A stretch of DNA of 64,000 nucleotides. Source: Haliotis rufescens (lineage: Eukaryota). Positions within the stretch are counted from its first letter, which is position 1; each line of letters opens with the position of its first letter. The notes beneath the pieces were generated by a model. It had not been told where the DNA came from. It made no database searches and was given only the letters and a program-made list of their open reading frames with translations. Made by a program: the position numbers and the translations under genes. Positions 39,283-53,557 of the stretch are shown here, piece by piece. The stretch spans positions 33,666,001-33,730,000 of the forward strand of contig NW_025963890.1 in assembly GCF_023055435.1 (NCBI RefSeq). Reading direction: 5' to 3'.

Positions 39283-40524
39283 CATGGACCCTAAATATAG
39301 ATGGACTGGAAGGCCGACCACCGATGCTCGATGTCTGCCGCGTGCGTGACTTAGCGAGAATCTGCGAGAAACAGCGACAGCGTGCAGACGACAGTGAAGC
39401 TTTTGTTTCGCGTAATCTTCATCAAACAGTGTCTTTATGTTGATATTTTACCTCATCTAAGCCCATTTGTTCCCAAGGTAAGTCATACTTTTAACCATAT
39501 CATGTCAACAATTGGCATTTTAAAACACAAAAGAGACGTTATACTGACCGATGAAAACCCTTTGTTTTCGCAAATGTTAGAACAATGGCGGCCATTTAGG
39601 CTAATTACACAAATTAGTGTTTTTCTCTCGTCAAATATAACCGAAATGCAAGTATTATTTTTATTTTTAAAAATCTGTTTCCGTAAAATGATAATTTAAA
39701 ATGTGCAATTGTGCATATCTTCTTTTGCGATTTTATGTAAATCAATGTCCAATTAGAGGAGTAAAATGTTACAAAGTTATTAAGTTTTCTATCATTTCGT
39801 GCACTTTTACTGAAAATTAGCAAATTTCTCTAGCTCAGGATCTCAGATATTAAAAAGGATAAGTTTTTGTGTTTTAGGTTTCTGTAATCTTTAAATATCA
39901 CTGTGCAGTGATGTACTTCATGTATTTTTTAAACAAATATTGTTATTGTAATTAATTATTGAAGTTTGTGATAATATTACTCTGTACCACCAGTGTAACA
40001 AGCTTTTCGGGTTATTTCTCATACCAGTGGAGCACTTGCCTTATTAATTTTCAGTTACTGCAACATTTTCTACTATAATTACTAATAAGTGTAGACTATT
40101 GTTAATATCAAAATCAGATTATTAATTAACATTAACATGATTTCTAAATGTATCTTTATTTTGTCTAGATGCCACGAAAGAAGTCAAAGCTGGCTCGCCG
40201 GCAGAAGTATCACTACAAGAAGAAACAACCCAACCCTATCAGTGACCACACCTGTCCCAAGGTTCTCTCCAGTCCCAGTCTGTATATTTCAACAGTGTAG
40301 GTATTTTTCATATATTTAATTATTTATATAATTATTTGTTATAATTTTCATTTATACTTGGATGATGCAATGAATAACTCAGCAATTGATCATTATTGTC
40401 TACAGTTCTTCGGCATAATTATGGTTTGCCAAATGTAGGAAAGAAAATAGCCTTAAATACAAACAGATGAGATCTTAGTTTTATATCCATCATAATTCAA
40501 GACAGGTTAGAGGAGATTTCTTAA

Positions 40525-42587
40525 AGGGGCACTGATCTAACGCAATTCCCCGGGACTGGTTGTTGCCTTTGTTATTGTTTTTTCCCAGTGAGTACCCGGA
40601 TGTATAGCAGAAATCTAGACTAATTCGCGACCTCTGCTGCGCCATTCGTAAGCGCATTAGTCGCTTTTATGGGTAGTAATAAGGGCGTATGGTCACATTG
40701 ATGAACAAAATGAAATACAGTTTTCGAGATAATAAGGAAATGTAGGTATCTTTGTGGGTAGCATCGGTAATGGTGACGAAGTTTTGATAAGTCACTTGCT
40801 TGGTAATTTTGCGATTTTCGTTTACACTATTTTGACTTGCAACACAAAGTACATATTTCACCTGAGCATTGCTTTTTTTATAGTTTTTTTTTTTTTTTAC
40901 TGTCAAATGTGTAACAAGTTTATTAAACGTCTAAATATTCAGTTATTTTTAGTGACTGAAAAACATTTCCATCTGTATTATTATGATAACAAATTCCAAA
41001 CATTTTGATGTTTAATGTCATCACCAAGAGATTGAAAATGTTACGTTGAGAAAAGTACATTTCTATGTTGTTTGGCTTCTAATCCTACATAATAATCTGT
41101 TGTGATGTTTGTAGGCCCTTTTGATCGTCTCAATCAATCTGGAGAGATTTTTTTAGTCAAAATGACTGAAATATTTACACATTTTATAAATTGCCTGAGA
41201 GAATCACATTTTACAAATTGACGGTAATATATACACGCTTACAAAGGAAAAGACCTGTGAAAACAACGTCTATCGCGCATTGAAGAATTTCCCAACCAAG
41301 ACGAGGGGAAACAAGAACGAATCGGTTCAAATGAAGGAAAACAAAATGCAAATATCATAATTACAACCTACCAAATTTATGTGTATAAATTTTAGGCAGC
41401 TTCCTTGTTCGAGGAATGTATCCGTGAATATCCACACAAAGGAACAATATCCCACTCGTCTGCAGATGTACAAAGAAACTTATTCGATGTCACGTGTCTC
41501 AGTAACAATCAAATATTTTAAAAGATATATGTCGTTTCGGGATATTATAACCCGTGTTCGTTTCTCAACTGATCAATTCGATTGTTTCAGGTGTTTTACA
41601 TAGGTGTCAAGTCTCAATGGTCGGCTGAGAAAGCCCACGTGACAACTATTTTCATAACGTTCACAGTCCCTAAAAAATCCATTGAGTGATAGATAACAAT
41701 GATCAATCAATCAACGTATTATAAGTTAACCCTCTGAACAAAGTATGTTGTTTTTACATCGGCACTTCACGCCATGGTATGAGTGTATTCCCTTTGTTTT
41801 AGTAAACCTAGACATGTAAACACTCACTCTTGACATATCCACTGTGCAAGATAACAGTGATTAATCAATCAGCGTATTTTCTGTTAATCCTTTGATGACT
41901 AGGAACGTTCCGTTGATTTACAAAAAAATAAATCAACTGATCATTCATCTCTTGCTGGGCTGCCACGTGCATATTACATAACACACATTTCACCTCACTT
42001 CAAACCTGGATTTAGATTGAATAATTACCCCAGACACAATAAATGCCAAATGGGAACCTTTGTCAGGTAATCTAACTGGTGCTACCACTAATTGTACCTG
42101 TAATAAATTCATTAACTGAGCATCAAGTGAATGATGACAAATACACAAGTGAAGGGTTATACGAGAAAACGTGGATGTCAACAAGGGAGTAGTAATCGTA
42201 TTATCGACGCAAGCCGAAATCCGAAAATGCTTTCACTGCATGGATACTTTTTTTAGTATAAAACTATAACCATCTGGGGTATTTCCAAATGACGACATCC
42301 GATGAGCTCCGCTGTTCTTTGTCTGCTTGTTTAGGCTGAAGAAATTAATTAACATGCGCCCTTTGTCGAAATCTGTATAGATCACAGTTAACCAATCAGT
42401 GTTTATGCAAAAATGCGTAAAACAAATATTGCCTCCAGCCTCCAAGTTTATTTAGCTGTCCTTGCAGACGGTAGCCCAGTTTCTGGTCACGCTCAGTTGC
42501 GTTGCGTATCATCCGGGTACTCACGGGGGAAAAAACAATAACAAAGGCAACAACCAGTCCGGGGAATTGCGTTAGATCAGTGCCCCT
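40525..42587. mobile_element. Non-autonomous TTAA-target DNA transposon (Kolobok-like AGG..CCT termini) nested in the P element
   Basis: TTAA on both sides. About 78-bp near-perfect TIRs beginning AGGGGCACTGATCTAACGCAATTCCCC. Confidence 0.88.
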
Positions 42588-42910
42588 TTAAGTTTAAATG
42601 AGATTGAAAATTAATTGAGATTTGAAAAAAATGGAACATCTCCATTTCTCCCTTCAAAATTATTTCTGAACTGTTCTACAATGTTTGCCACCATCAGTAG
42701 ATGAGAGTTTCTTAATCAGTAAGTTATTACATTGATAATACAGTTGTTGATAACTAAATTCATATGAGAAAATATCTCATCATGATCTGAGATAAGTAGT
42801 ATAATCTTATTAATTCATGTTAGAAATGTAAAAGTTCCAAAACCTGATGATGATTTATGAAATTTAAGGTGATAAATTTTCAATTACTGAATAATATTTT
42901 ACATTTTCAG

Positions 42911-45501
42911 TGATTGCTTTGAAGAGACTGAGGAAGGATGGACTGCTGCGATTGGTAATTTCATCCAAAGTACTGAGAAGGATACTTCGGTAGAGACTGT
43001 CACTCTCGATGAGGAGAACCATACAGATTCAGATGGATTTAGTGGAGATGGATTTCTTGTCATTCTTGACAAAGCATACCCATATACCCCAGATGACAAC
43101 CTTGATCAACTTGTGAATGATCTGACCGCATCACTGAGGCTGAGACAGTTCCATAAACTTTCATACTCACTTAAGGATTGTGACAACCTCTTTGACTTCA
43201 CTTTGGTGAAGTCCAAAGACAGTTCTTACATTAAACTGTGTCAATTTTATGAAGATGGGGGTTCTATTTTCCTTAAGACAACTGTTTCAATTGATAAGGC
43301 ATGTAATGCACAGATCACAGTACACCAGCATGTGATTTCACAAGCACATGACATATGGATAGGTTTGCCTGCATTTGTTACAACTGTGAAGGATGTAACA
43401 CATCTCTTGGCCAAATTGAACAGATGGAATGTCTGTACGGGAAATTATGACCAGAAGTTTGTGAACATGGTTCCTCTTCATGTCGGAATAAGTGATAAGA
43501 ACACTTCCTACGCAGCATACAGGGAAGGTGACATGGGAGCATTCGATGGCAACACCAGATACACGTCCACAGTTAGATCAGTAAGATGTCAGTTCCTTAT
43601 GCCTAATAATTCAAGGTGTCAGCACTGTAGAATTTACCGTTCAACACTGCGAAAATGTCACTTTCGACAGACTCATTTGGAATCTAAACCAGTGGATCAT
43701 CATTCGAAGAAGCCACACTCTAAAATGAGTAAAGAAGAACTTATCACAAAGGTTGGTGGACTGAGGGATGTTTCTCAACAACTGGAATCTGAATTAAGAA
43801 AACTTAGAAGAGGAGTACACACTGCCATTAAATGTAAAGGGAATAGGCTGAATACAATTGACAATATTGAACTTTTGAACATGCTGGAAAAACATCAGTC
43901 TGAAGTTGAACAGTCTTTCCCTGATGAGAATTCTCTCCAAAGAGTCTTCTGGGCGCAGCAGTGTAAATGGACTAAATTATCCAACAAGTCTAGCATGCGA
44001 TGGCACCCAATGATAATAAAATGGTGCTTATACATGAAAAATAAAAGTTCCAAGGCATATGATGCTATGAGAAATACTGGGTTTGTTTCACTACCAAGCG
44101 AGAGGACACTATTTGACTACTCTCACATTTTGTCTAATAAGACTGGCTTTCACCCTGACTTTGCTGAACACTTATTGCAGGAAGCAACAGCTCATGGCAT
44201 GTTTCAGGAGTCACATCTATCATATGTTGGAATCCTGCAAGATGAAATCAAAGTTTCTGAAGGTTTGGTGTATGACAGGACGAGTGGAGAACTTGTAGGA
44301 TGTGTAGATCTTGACAAGACAGGGAATGAACTGTTGAACATTGGGCATGTCTTGCAGGATACAAAGCCTAAACTTGCAACCACTATATTAGTAGTGATGA
44401 TACGTGGACTGTCCTCAAATTTGAAATACCCATTAGCATGTTTTGCAACAAATGGGATAACGGCAGATCTATTGTACCCTATCATATGGGAAACTGTTGA
44501 AATTTTAGAAGTAGACTGCATGCTTAAATGCCTATTTGTTACATGTGACGGTGCATCACCCAACCGTAGATTTTTTTATTTGCATTGCACAAACGACAAC
44601 TTTTACTGGACATGGAATCCTTATGCCACGCCCAGAAGAAAACTCTACTTTATTTCTGATGTTCCACATCTAATAAAGACGACAAGAAATTGTTTTGCAA
44701 ATTCATATTCCCATAATAGGAATAGGAAACTTTGGAAGGATGGCAAGGACATAAGTTGGATGCACTTAGTCCAGTTGTATGAACAATATGTTGAGAACAA
44801 TCTTTATAGTCGTGCCCCAAAATTGACGCGTTTGCATATAGATTTAAGTGCATTCTCAAAAATGAAGGTGAATTTGGCTGCACAAGTATTAAGTGACACT
44901 GTAGCGAATGCACTTGAAGAATTATACGGTGATCAGGTATTCGAAACTGTCAGATTTATAAGACACATGAACAAATTCTTTGACTGTATGAATACTAGGA
45001 ATATAAATGAAGCAGTTTGCAAAAGACAGCCAAACCTTAAAGAATATCGTCAACTTAATGACTGTCGGTTTCAATACTTGCTTCAAGATTTTCTTGGATA
45101 TTTCAGTGATTGGGAGGAAAGTGTCGGAAATCGGGCTGGGAACTTTACAAAGTCGCAACGACACTGTTTGATGTTAAGTACCCAAACTCTGAAAGGACTA
45201 AAAATCAGTGTTAATTCCATTGTGGAAAGTACAAAGTTCCTACTAGCTGAAGGAGCAAAGTTTGTTTTAACAAACCGGTTTAATCAAGACCCCCTGGAAG
45301 AACACTTTGCACATTATAGGCATAAAGGGGGCTCAAATGACAATCCATCAGTATTTGAAGTTAAAAATACCCTTGCTCAACTTAGAGTGATAGGTTAATT
45401 CTACTGCCCTGGCACCAATACATGGAAACATAACAAGAAAGAGACAATCACATGGACTTGTGTTAGATAATACTCCATTACCAAAGAGACAAAAACGTTA
45501 A
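42911..45501 (+). CDS. P-element/THAP9-family transposase, main exon; premature stop at 45396 from a small insertion
   Basis: LPSERTL, LQDEIKV, VTCDGASPNR, FISDVPHLIKTTRN, KMKVNLAAQVLS, FNQDPLEEHF. The frame is open from the acceptor at 42911, and a shifted tail ..GNITRKR..PLPKRQKR* ends at 45501. Confidence 0.93.
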
Positions 45502-46028
45502 AACATACTGATTGACATAATGTTTATTTCATTACATCAGTCCCTGTAAATCATTTTGACGATGATGTTTCAACAGTCATCAGTCAGAGATCGGATGGTG
45601 TGGGCTCACAAACTGTGACCATGGTGACCCTCCAGACTTGGAGTTCAAATGGTAACATAAATGGTGTCTAACAGTACACAGTAATTACTGTAATTCTAAA
45701 TTCTTAGACAGCTCAGAATTGCAAAATGTTAGCATTGATTCGATGCATATTTGTCTATTCTCACGAACTTATGAACCCATTACTAACAACAGTAAGGAGT
45801 GACATACTGTACTGTACATATTTGAATAATGTATCAACTGTCCATGCTGTGATATACAGATTATTATTGTCAACATTATATTAAGAAATTAACTGAAATG
45901 TGTTCCTTAAATGTCATATTTTTACTGAATAAAATGTCTGAAACATTTATTGCTGTCTCATGTTTGAACATGTTTTTATCAGAAACATGCACATGCAAAG
46001 ACATTGATTCTTCAGTATATTGAGAATG

Positions 46029-47042
46029 TCATTTGTGCTGATCCCTGCACTTCAACTTTTTCCTGAGAGAGTTACTGTTCCTCTGTTTCAGAATTTCTGA
46101 TTTTGCTTTCTGCAGGTGTTTCTTTGCAAGTTTGGTCACAGCATTTCCCCTGATTTTAAGGAAAAGAGTCCCAATATCTTCCAATAGTTTACATTTAAGG
46201 GCTTCCTGTTCTCCAGCCATAAGCTTATCCCAGTAGTAAGACACCATGTATGTTGTCAAAAGTCCTTCTTTGAGACTGTCAGTTAACAAAGAATGGGATT
46301 TTAAATTGTCCAAGTCTACACATTTCCACCACGATTACATTTGCTTGTCCATTTCTTGAATTTTGTCAAGAAGGTGTCTCCATTGCCAGCATGTGTCATA
46401 AGTCTTCTCAGTGTAAGTTCATGCAGATCTCCATGATAACATTTCTTCTTTCTCAAAGCATGTATAATAAATCCAGCCACATAAAACAAAACACTTTGAT
46501 CGTTTTCAGATAGTGTGACATCACATATTTCAGTCTTCTTTTCCTTTCTCAGAGTAGCAATATGAGTAACTGCTGGTATGAGCTTCTGGAGGAATGACTG
46601 TATGAACAAGGTGCACGTTAGTTCCTCTGTAAAGGTCTCTAGTAAAGCTAATATCTGTGAGAGAAGCGTGTCGTCCAGACGAAGTTTGTGAAATATTTTC
46701 CACATTGATTCCCTGTCAGAACATAGTGATGTCCCTTTTCCAATGCCGACAAACAGTGAAAAAAGTGGCTCATAAAGTATTACTTCCAATTTTGCAATAA
46801 TGTCATGATTTTCTTGTAGTGTCTGACACAAACCATTTATTTCCTTTCTTCTTTCTGAAATAGGCTTGTCAGGTGACATCTCTTTCAGGGTCGCATGTAT
46901 TGCCTCTGTGAGTACTTCCCTTAAATCGTGCACTGATGAAAATAACCTCTGTCCTCCAGTGGTTGATAATTTGGGTTCACTGCTTGAAGCCTGACTTTGC
47001 GCAGATCTGTCAACCTCTGAATGTCAGTTTGTTTTCATGAGC
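46029..47042 (-). pseudogene. Second P-element gene, exon 2 (frameshifted): helical protein with a LFYVAGF..W..NRGG motif
   Basis: ORFs 46316-46933 and 46029-46313 abut across a frameshift. Acceptor ttgttacag near 47043. Confidence 0.7.
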
Positions 47043-47957
47043 TGTAACAAATAATAAACAATATGCTTATTTTCACAATTGGATTATATCATCAAATACA
47101 ACTATGAAAATGCAGTATGTAAATTAACATTCATACATACAAAGGACTGTTGCTAAATGTATGCTTACATACCTGTTAATATGTTAAACATATGTCAATT
47201 GGCATGTGACAATGCTCACTCTAATAAATATGTCCTCTTAACCATTCTTAATTGAATACCAAGTGCCTCACAGAGATAAGGCTTAACCACATGTTGTGAA
47301 ATATGACTATACCCGTAAAATCGTTAAACACATGTTAAACATGTGTTAATTGGTGTGCGAGATAAGGCTTAATCACATGTCATACTCAAGATTCAGTCAC
47401 CAGAGCTCCTTATAACTTTTTGAGCAATCGAGTTTTTACTCTAGTTTTCGAGTTGAATTGGGTTATTACATTTTTTGTTGGGTAACAAATATTTTTTCAC
47501 TCATCTATTCATCAATCTATTGGGTTTTTCCCAAAATTAGTGAACATTTTAAGATTTAAAAATAATGAAATAATGTTTTAGATGTATATAACTGTTCGAA
47601 ATATATAGGCTTTACTCGGAAAGTAAATTAGCTCGTAATTGTTTCAAAAATTAGCTCCTTTGTATGCGAGCTGAAAAAAGCTTCATTGTGTATTTAAGTG
47701 TGCTGTTTTTATACATTTGAGTTTTGTCATTAATGCACACGTTTCTCTACACAAGTTAATTAAAAGTAATTTGGTTTCAAATATATTGGGGGGGTACGCT
47801 GCTTATCTGTAGCTCTGAGTCACATTGTGAATTCAATATAACGGGGTATTTAATGGTGATATTTTGGCAATTTGACTGACTGCTAGCAAGAGGAAATGTA
47901 TCCATTTAGTTATTTCAGTATGCAAACAATATTTCCAGGAATATTAATTAATACTTG

Positions 47958-48292
47958 CCTTTGAGGTCGGATCTTTGATGCTTGTTATTGACATGTCCAC
48001 GGAAACCTTGTATTGTCACATACTTGTTCTTACAAACAGGACATGAGTACTTATATTTCTTCTGGAAAATCGTTTTCTCGCTGTTCTCCTTGCCTTGAGA
48101 TGTTTTTGGAGAACGTGCTTGACTGGTCGAGGAACGAATGTCGCTGGTATGTCCTGTTTCTTCAATGTCGTCGTCATCGGAACATTCACCACCACTGATT
48201 TTCTCATCTTCGTACTCAGTGTAGTCACCCAGTAATTCCTCAAGATTGATATCGTAATCGTCCCAGTGAATAAAGTCTTTATCTTTATCCAT
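47958..48292 (-). CDS. Second P-element gene, exon 1: acidic region plus C2H2 zinc finger
   Basis: MDKDKDF..YSCPVCKNKYVTIQGFRGHVNNKH, followed by a probable GC donor (AAAG|gcaagt). Confidence 0.65.
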
Positions 48293-49203
48293 GTCAATGA
48301 AAGTGGTGTGAATGTGATACTCTTGTTTACATCGCGTTATGTATCCTAGCAGACGAGCGGAAGTCGATAATAAACGGACTCTCCACGCAAAAGAGCGAGT
48401 AATCATTGCGAGACTTCCGTGCGGTTCCCCGCCTCTGTTGCGCTCGCTACACAAACGCGAGGGCAGTTGACTAGTCAAGCGCGCGGCAGAGACCAACAGT
48501 GGTGTGCACAGCGGCCTCGAGTCCATCGTATTAAGTGTCCATGATATGACCTAGCTTATACCAGTACACATATCAGGTCAACACCTACAGGTTGTAGTGA
48601 GATGAAATATATATGACCTGGACATCATTCCACAAAGAGGTCTTTGGGCTGTCATAAGTCTATGCGTAGGCATGGGAGTTACGACCCCTTTGTTGGATGA
48701 GGTCCTGACAGCGATCGCGATCCATGTATCATGTAGAAAGCCAAACATGAACCGAGATAAAATATATATGAACACGGTTCCTTACAACTCTCATGTTTTG
48801 TTCCCAGAGCAAAACTAAAACAATGACCACAACATTTCTTTGTGAAAAATTTGTGTACATATCTGGTCTTGCAATCACAAATTTTATATAATGTTTAAAA
48901 ATGTTTTTGTTTCCAAGGCAACATGTTGAACTTATGACAAAATGAGGCCAGGCCATATTTCTTGAAGATAGCCTATATGTTCAACATGGACACACACACA
49001 CACCAACACACACCACAAGGCGATCTGGTACACAGTTTGACAGGTACACAGGTAGACTTTCCAACACACAAATAGACATAGACTGTCTAACAGATAGGCT
49101 GTCAGAATTACAGGTACACTGTCTGACACACAGGTAGACTTTGTAACTTAGCTTATACATCACATATTTAAATATAGCACAGATAGATCAAAGCTTGTCT
49201 CAC

Positions 49204-49620
49204 CTGTTAGAGCTTGAATCTTCTTCACTCTAAGACCATCTGACTGCCCAGATGACTGACTGCCACTCTCGGCTAGACATAATATCCCCTCCCTGCCTGA
49301 GGTATGTGAATTCCCTGAAGTGCCTGAAGTTTGTGAAATCCTCAAACTGTCTGACATCTGTGATCCTGTGATGTCATGCCCATTCTTCCCCGGTGTACCA
49401 CCAGACACCACCTCCACACACTGGCTAGCACTAGTTGACTGACACCTGGTGTTCAGCCCATTCAGAGACACAGAGCTGGGGATACAGTGATCCTGTGCTT
49501 CAAACTGGCCATGTTTGGTCCTGTGCAGTGCTGACATCAGTTTTTGACCCGTTGACTGGGGGAGGTTGTCTGATCTACAGGAAGACATGGTTGCTTCAAG
49601 CCTCATCTTCTTTTCAGTCT
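49204..49620 (-). CDS. RTEL1: RTEL1 exon, Ser/Gly-rich linker
   Basis: tttccag acceptor and G|gtgaga donor. 417 nt open, phase 1-1. Confidence 0.75.
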
Positions 49621-50019
49621 CTGGAAATCAAAAGCAATGCTATCATAAAACAAATGTAAATGTCCACTAAAAGGTGTTCAACTATCATGCTATGTAGGAG
49701 TATGTCAACTGCACTGCTATACATCAGGAGAAAACTGTCACTGAAGTGACTAAAACTGAAATAAATCAGTGTTGAAGATGATACACATCATGAATATGGC
49801 ATTTCAATTACAAACTATTTGATTATGAATAATTAATAAACTATGCTAAGAACAAACTAATATGCTGAGAAATACATCAGAACCCAACAGTTATCTCATA
49901 ATGTTTAGAAATAAACCAGTGTTTTCAATGTAGAGGTTTTGAAAGCATATGGCTTGTTAAGGTCTATTGGTGGTGTCTGCAGGATCGATAAACATGGATG
50001 TTTTTGTGACACAACCTAC

Positions 50020-50154
50020 CAGTTTGAGTGTTCTGCAAGAGCCGCTTCGAGGACACAGAATGTTCTGGCTTGTACCCACAGCCCTGTCCGGTGATTGATA
50101 CACAGAGCTGGTGAAACTCCTGTTTGTGCTGGGGACGGGTGTACTTGTAGAACT
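50020..50154 (-). CDS. RTEL1: RTEL1 exon, end of the harmonin-homology domain (FYKYTRPQHKQEFHQLCVSITGQGCGYKPEHSV)
   Basis: Close to vertebrate RTEL1 FYQFVRPHHKQQF..LTGRGCGYRPEHS as recalled. 135 nt, phase 1-1. Confidence 0.9.
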
Positions 50155-51887
50155 CTGGAAGAAGTTATTGATCTCAGCAGAATTTCAATTTGGGTCTATC
50201 AAGCCTAGACTGAGCAACTTGAAAGCGTGCATCCAGTATTACTGCTGCACCAGGAAAATGATCTCATATTTTCTTCAATGTACACAAAATGATTTTTCAT
50301 TTTATCACGTACCATTTTGAATGCGTTACAATATACAGACTACTGAGCGTTCCCGTTCCAGTGATGAAGTGTCAACATGCATGTTGACAGGGAATTAGGT
50401 CTTGGGGGAATTAAGGACAAAATTGGCATCACTGTCCCGGAACGCTTTATGCACAACATGCATGTTAACAATAAACAACAATGAGCGGAATACCTGCTCT
50501 GACAACACAAACACAGCGATGAGCGGACCTTCCAGCTCAGGCATACATTAGGTGAGCGGAGCTCCAGCTCACCTCAGGAGGTTTCCTACAAGCGGCACAT
50601 CCTGCTCGAGGTCATCCCTAGACCAGCACTCGGACTACCAAGCTTGCCTAACACCATGTAATGGTAACACACATATAGTAATGAACAACAATGGAAAGAC
50701 AATGATGTTGCTCTGGACATGGGACTTCTGGGGGTGATGAACCGACACAGCTCAGGGGATGAACAAGGCAATAAATGTCATACTATAAATAACAGTAATT
50801 AACGGGAAGTGATATAGTAGCCTAGGATGGCTGTCAGTCAATATACAATGAAATGTTGGTGAGGATTAACAACGGGGATTAGGGCCTAAAACGTAATGAC
50901 ATTTAAGTTATGGAGACATGGCTACAGAGTAATTATCCTTTGGAGTCAAATGTACTTCAGACAATGGTAGCCGTAAATCAGTCGCTATGACAGAAGTTCC
51001 AACTGTTCACATGTTACAGTATAATCACATAAGTGAAACATAAAAGTACCATGATGTTGGAATGGGTGGTACTGAACATCCTCATGTGTGATATTCTCCT
51101 CTTTGAAACTTATTATACACCCTTCAGGTAAACATTAAATGTAAATTTTGCAAACTGTGAAGAACTTTAACAATTGGACCCAAAATCTTCAAAATCCTGG
51201 GTCAGACATTTTCAAACTCAATGTGTAGTTTCCACTCAGATACTGTTAAAAATTTAAGCATAATACCACAAAATGTTTTACTTTAAAAGTACATTGTATA
51301 ATGCCCACTACAAGAGTGATTAAACCAATTGATTGATGTGAAGTTCATGGGGGGGGGGGGGGGGGTGGGTGGTGAGTCCTTATGCTATAAGGTGTTCCAG
51401 TTGTATTTGAGATGTTATGTTAATATGTGTAATATTAGTGGCAAAGGAAGCAATAGTAACTGTCAGTGGTAGCAAATGATTGAAGTGCTAGTAACAATGT
51501 TGTGTGCAGTTGGTGGCAGGAAGTGATTAGACTTATCTCCCTGCCAGTTTCCACGACTATACCAGATTCAAGAACAAAGAAGGACCTATAACAACACTTT
51601 TGACAAAATTTTGAAAATTTGTCCGAGCATGCACTACCATCTATTACACGGCTTGTTACACATACCTGCTGCCACATACTAGACCCATTGTATTGCCTTG
51701 TTTTACTGTCAACGTCAAACTGCGTGTTTATAGTGATTCACTAATCTTGTGTGCTCATTTACAGATTTTAGAGTTGAGTTCTGTATGTACTGAGTTGAGT
51801 TCTGTATGTATGTTCTTTACAGAATGGAGGTGTAATAAACTGGATATGTGACCGATGGCTGAATATAAATTTATATATCTCACTCAC

Positions 51888-52032
51888 TGCGGAAGAGGTG
51901 ATAGTTGTCTGTCTTGTCGGTGAAGAAGTCGGCCAGGACTGTGGTGACTTTAGTCAAGTCCTCGGTCTTGCGGTATTCAAGCAGAGCACGAGAGAACACT
52001 TTGTACGATTCAGCTGTGAGCACTTTCTTTAC
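51888..52032 (-). CDS. RTEL1: RTEL1 exon, harmonin-homology domain (VKKVLTAESYKVFSRALLEYRKTEDLTKVTTVLADFFTDKTDNYHLFR)
   Basis: HHD/PAH-like helical pattern, AG/GT boundaries, phase 0-1. Confidence 0.88.
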
Positions 52033-53319
52033 CTAAAACATTACCCATAAGAAAGGTCTTGAAAGTGAAGTAACTCTCCCTTATTGGCATACATGCATAG
52101 TAATCATTCTCAAAGCAGACAGGACAGTTTAAGCTATATGATGCATCCTGATGCACTGTTTGAACAATACGATGTGCTGATGGTGACATTGTTTCTAACG
52201 TCACAGAATGATGATATTAAGTCAAAAGAACAATAGGTTCACATCAGTTTGATGTGTTAAGGTTTCTTCATTTCCATATCTTAAAATGACAATAAATATA
52301 TATATCAGTAAAATGAAGTTAAAGGGGTCCAACAGGAAAGTTACAGAGAACACTTGGGGATCTGGCTGACAACAAATACAGTGTCCGTCCACCCTGTGTG
52401 GCTACGAAGGCTGTGCTCCATCTCCTCCTTGAGTTCACTAAAAAGACCTCGAGCATGCCTGACCCAACACCATCACACTGCCACCTCCCCATCACTCCAT
52501 TCCATGACACAGCAGTCTACATAATACTCACTGTGTCATCACCAAATACCGACACAGCAATCAGCATCAGACAGATGGGCTGTTATCAGTGAACAGGATT
52601 TGCTGGCACTGCATATGCCCGCCAGTGCTGATAATAACATGGAGTCGACACTGTCTGTGATGTGATGTAGGGATTGGACCTGCATAAGGATGGTGTGATC
52701 AGTGTCCTGCAGCCTCTACGTGGCGATGTGCAGTCATTTCCGACACTTGTCCTATGTCCTTGGAGAGTCCTTGATGTCTGTGGTGCTGCTGGTAGCAGTC
52801 TCTGAGATGACGGACAGCGTTGTATTGGTCCTGAACAGGGGAGGTAACTTGTCTGGTTCTATGCTGACTCTTCCTACGATGCTGAAACTATTCCGGAGGA
52901 AGTTTCCAAAGCCTAACAACTATACGGTCAGGATATACTCCAGGAATTATACAACCTTATCCATGCGTTACAGCCTACCAACAAGGAAGAACAGCCTGCA
53001 TAACCCTTGAACTCTACCATCAGCCTGGCTTTGAGGATACAAAAACTTCCAGCTGATTATCAAGTTCCTCCTAAGCGAAGACATGTGACATCCGGGCGTG
53101 ACTCCTTTTGTGCCCCAGCCTGGAAAGGCAGATCAGCACGTCCCAAGGATAATTACACCAAGAGTGAGTAGTCCTTCCAACAGCATGGCAGAGGTAGGGG
53201 TTGAGGCTAAAGTTCAGCATATTTCTCCAAATCGATTGCAGACTAATTCAACACAAAGCAAACCCGGGACCAGTCGGGGTTCATCTGATGAAGTATGCTG
53301 CCAGCTGCCACAAAGATGG

Positions 53320-53557
53320 CCATACACATCTATTAGACAAAGGCGTCATAAGTGCAATAAATGAGTCATACACCACCAAAGGATTCTACTCATCAATTTT
53401 CCTTGTTCCGAAGTTAAATACATCGCACATGTGCATGATAATTGGCATAAACGTACTCAACAAGGACTGTGTAGTGTGTTCTCCCAAGTTCCAAATGGAG
53501 TCTGTCAAGAAGCTGAGGAACTCCCTCCGACAAGGAGACTGGATGATAAGTCATTAA
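53320..53557 (+). pseudogene. DIRS-type retrotransposon reverse transcriptase relic
   Basis: LLDKGVI..GFYSSIFLVPK..LNK..KFQMESV..LRQGDWMIS is a typical DIRS RT N-terminal block. Truncated. Confidence 0.75.

Larger units (their letters stand above)
39283..48543 (+). mobile_element. P-element superfamily DNA transposon with two convergent genes
   Basis: Imperfect TIRs CATGGACCCTAAATATAGATGGACT.. / ..AGTCCATCGTATTAAGTGTCCATG. 7-bp TSD ATATGAC. Interrupts a minisatellite. Confidence 0.92.
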
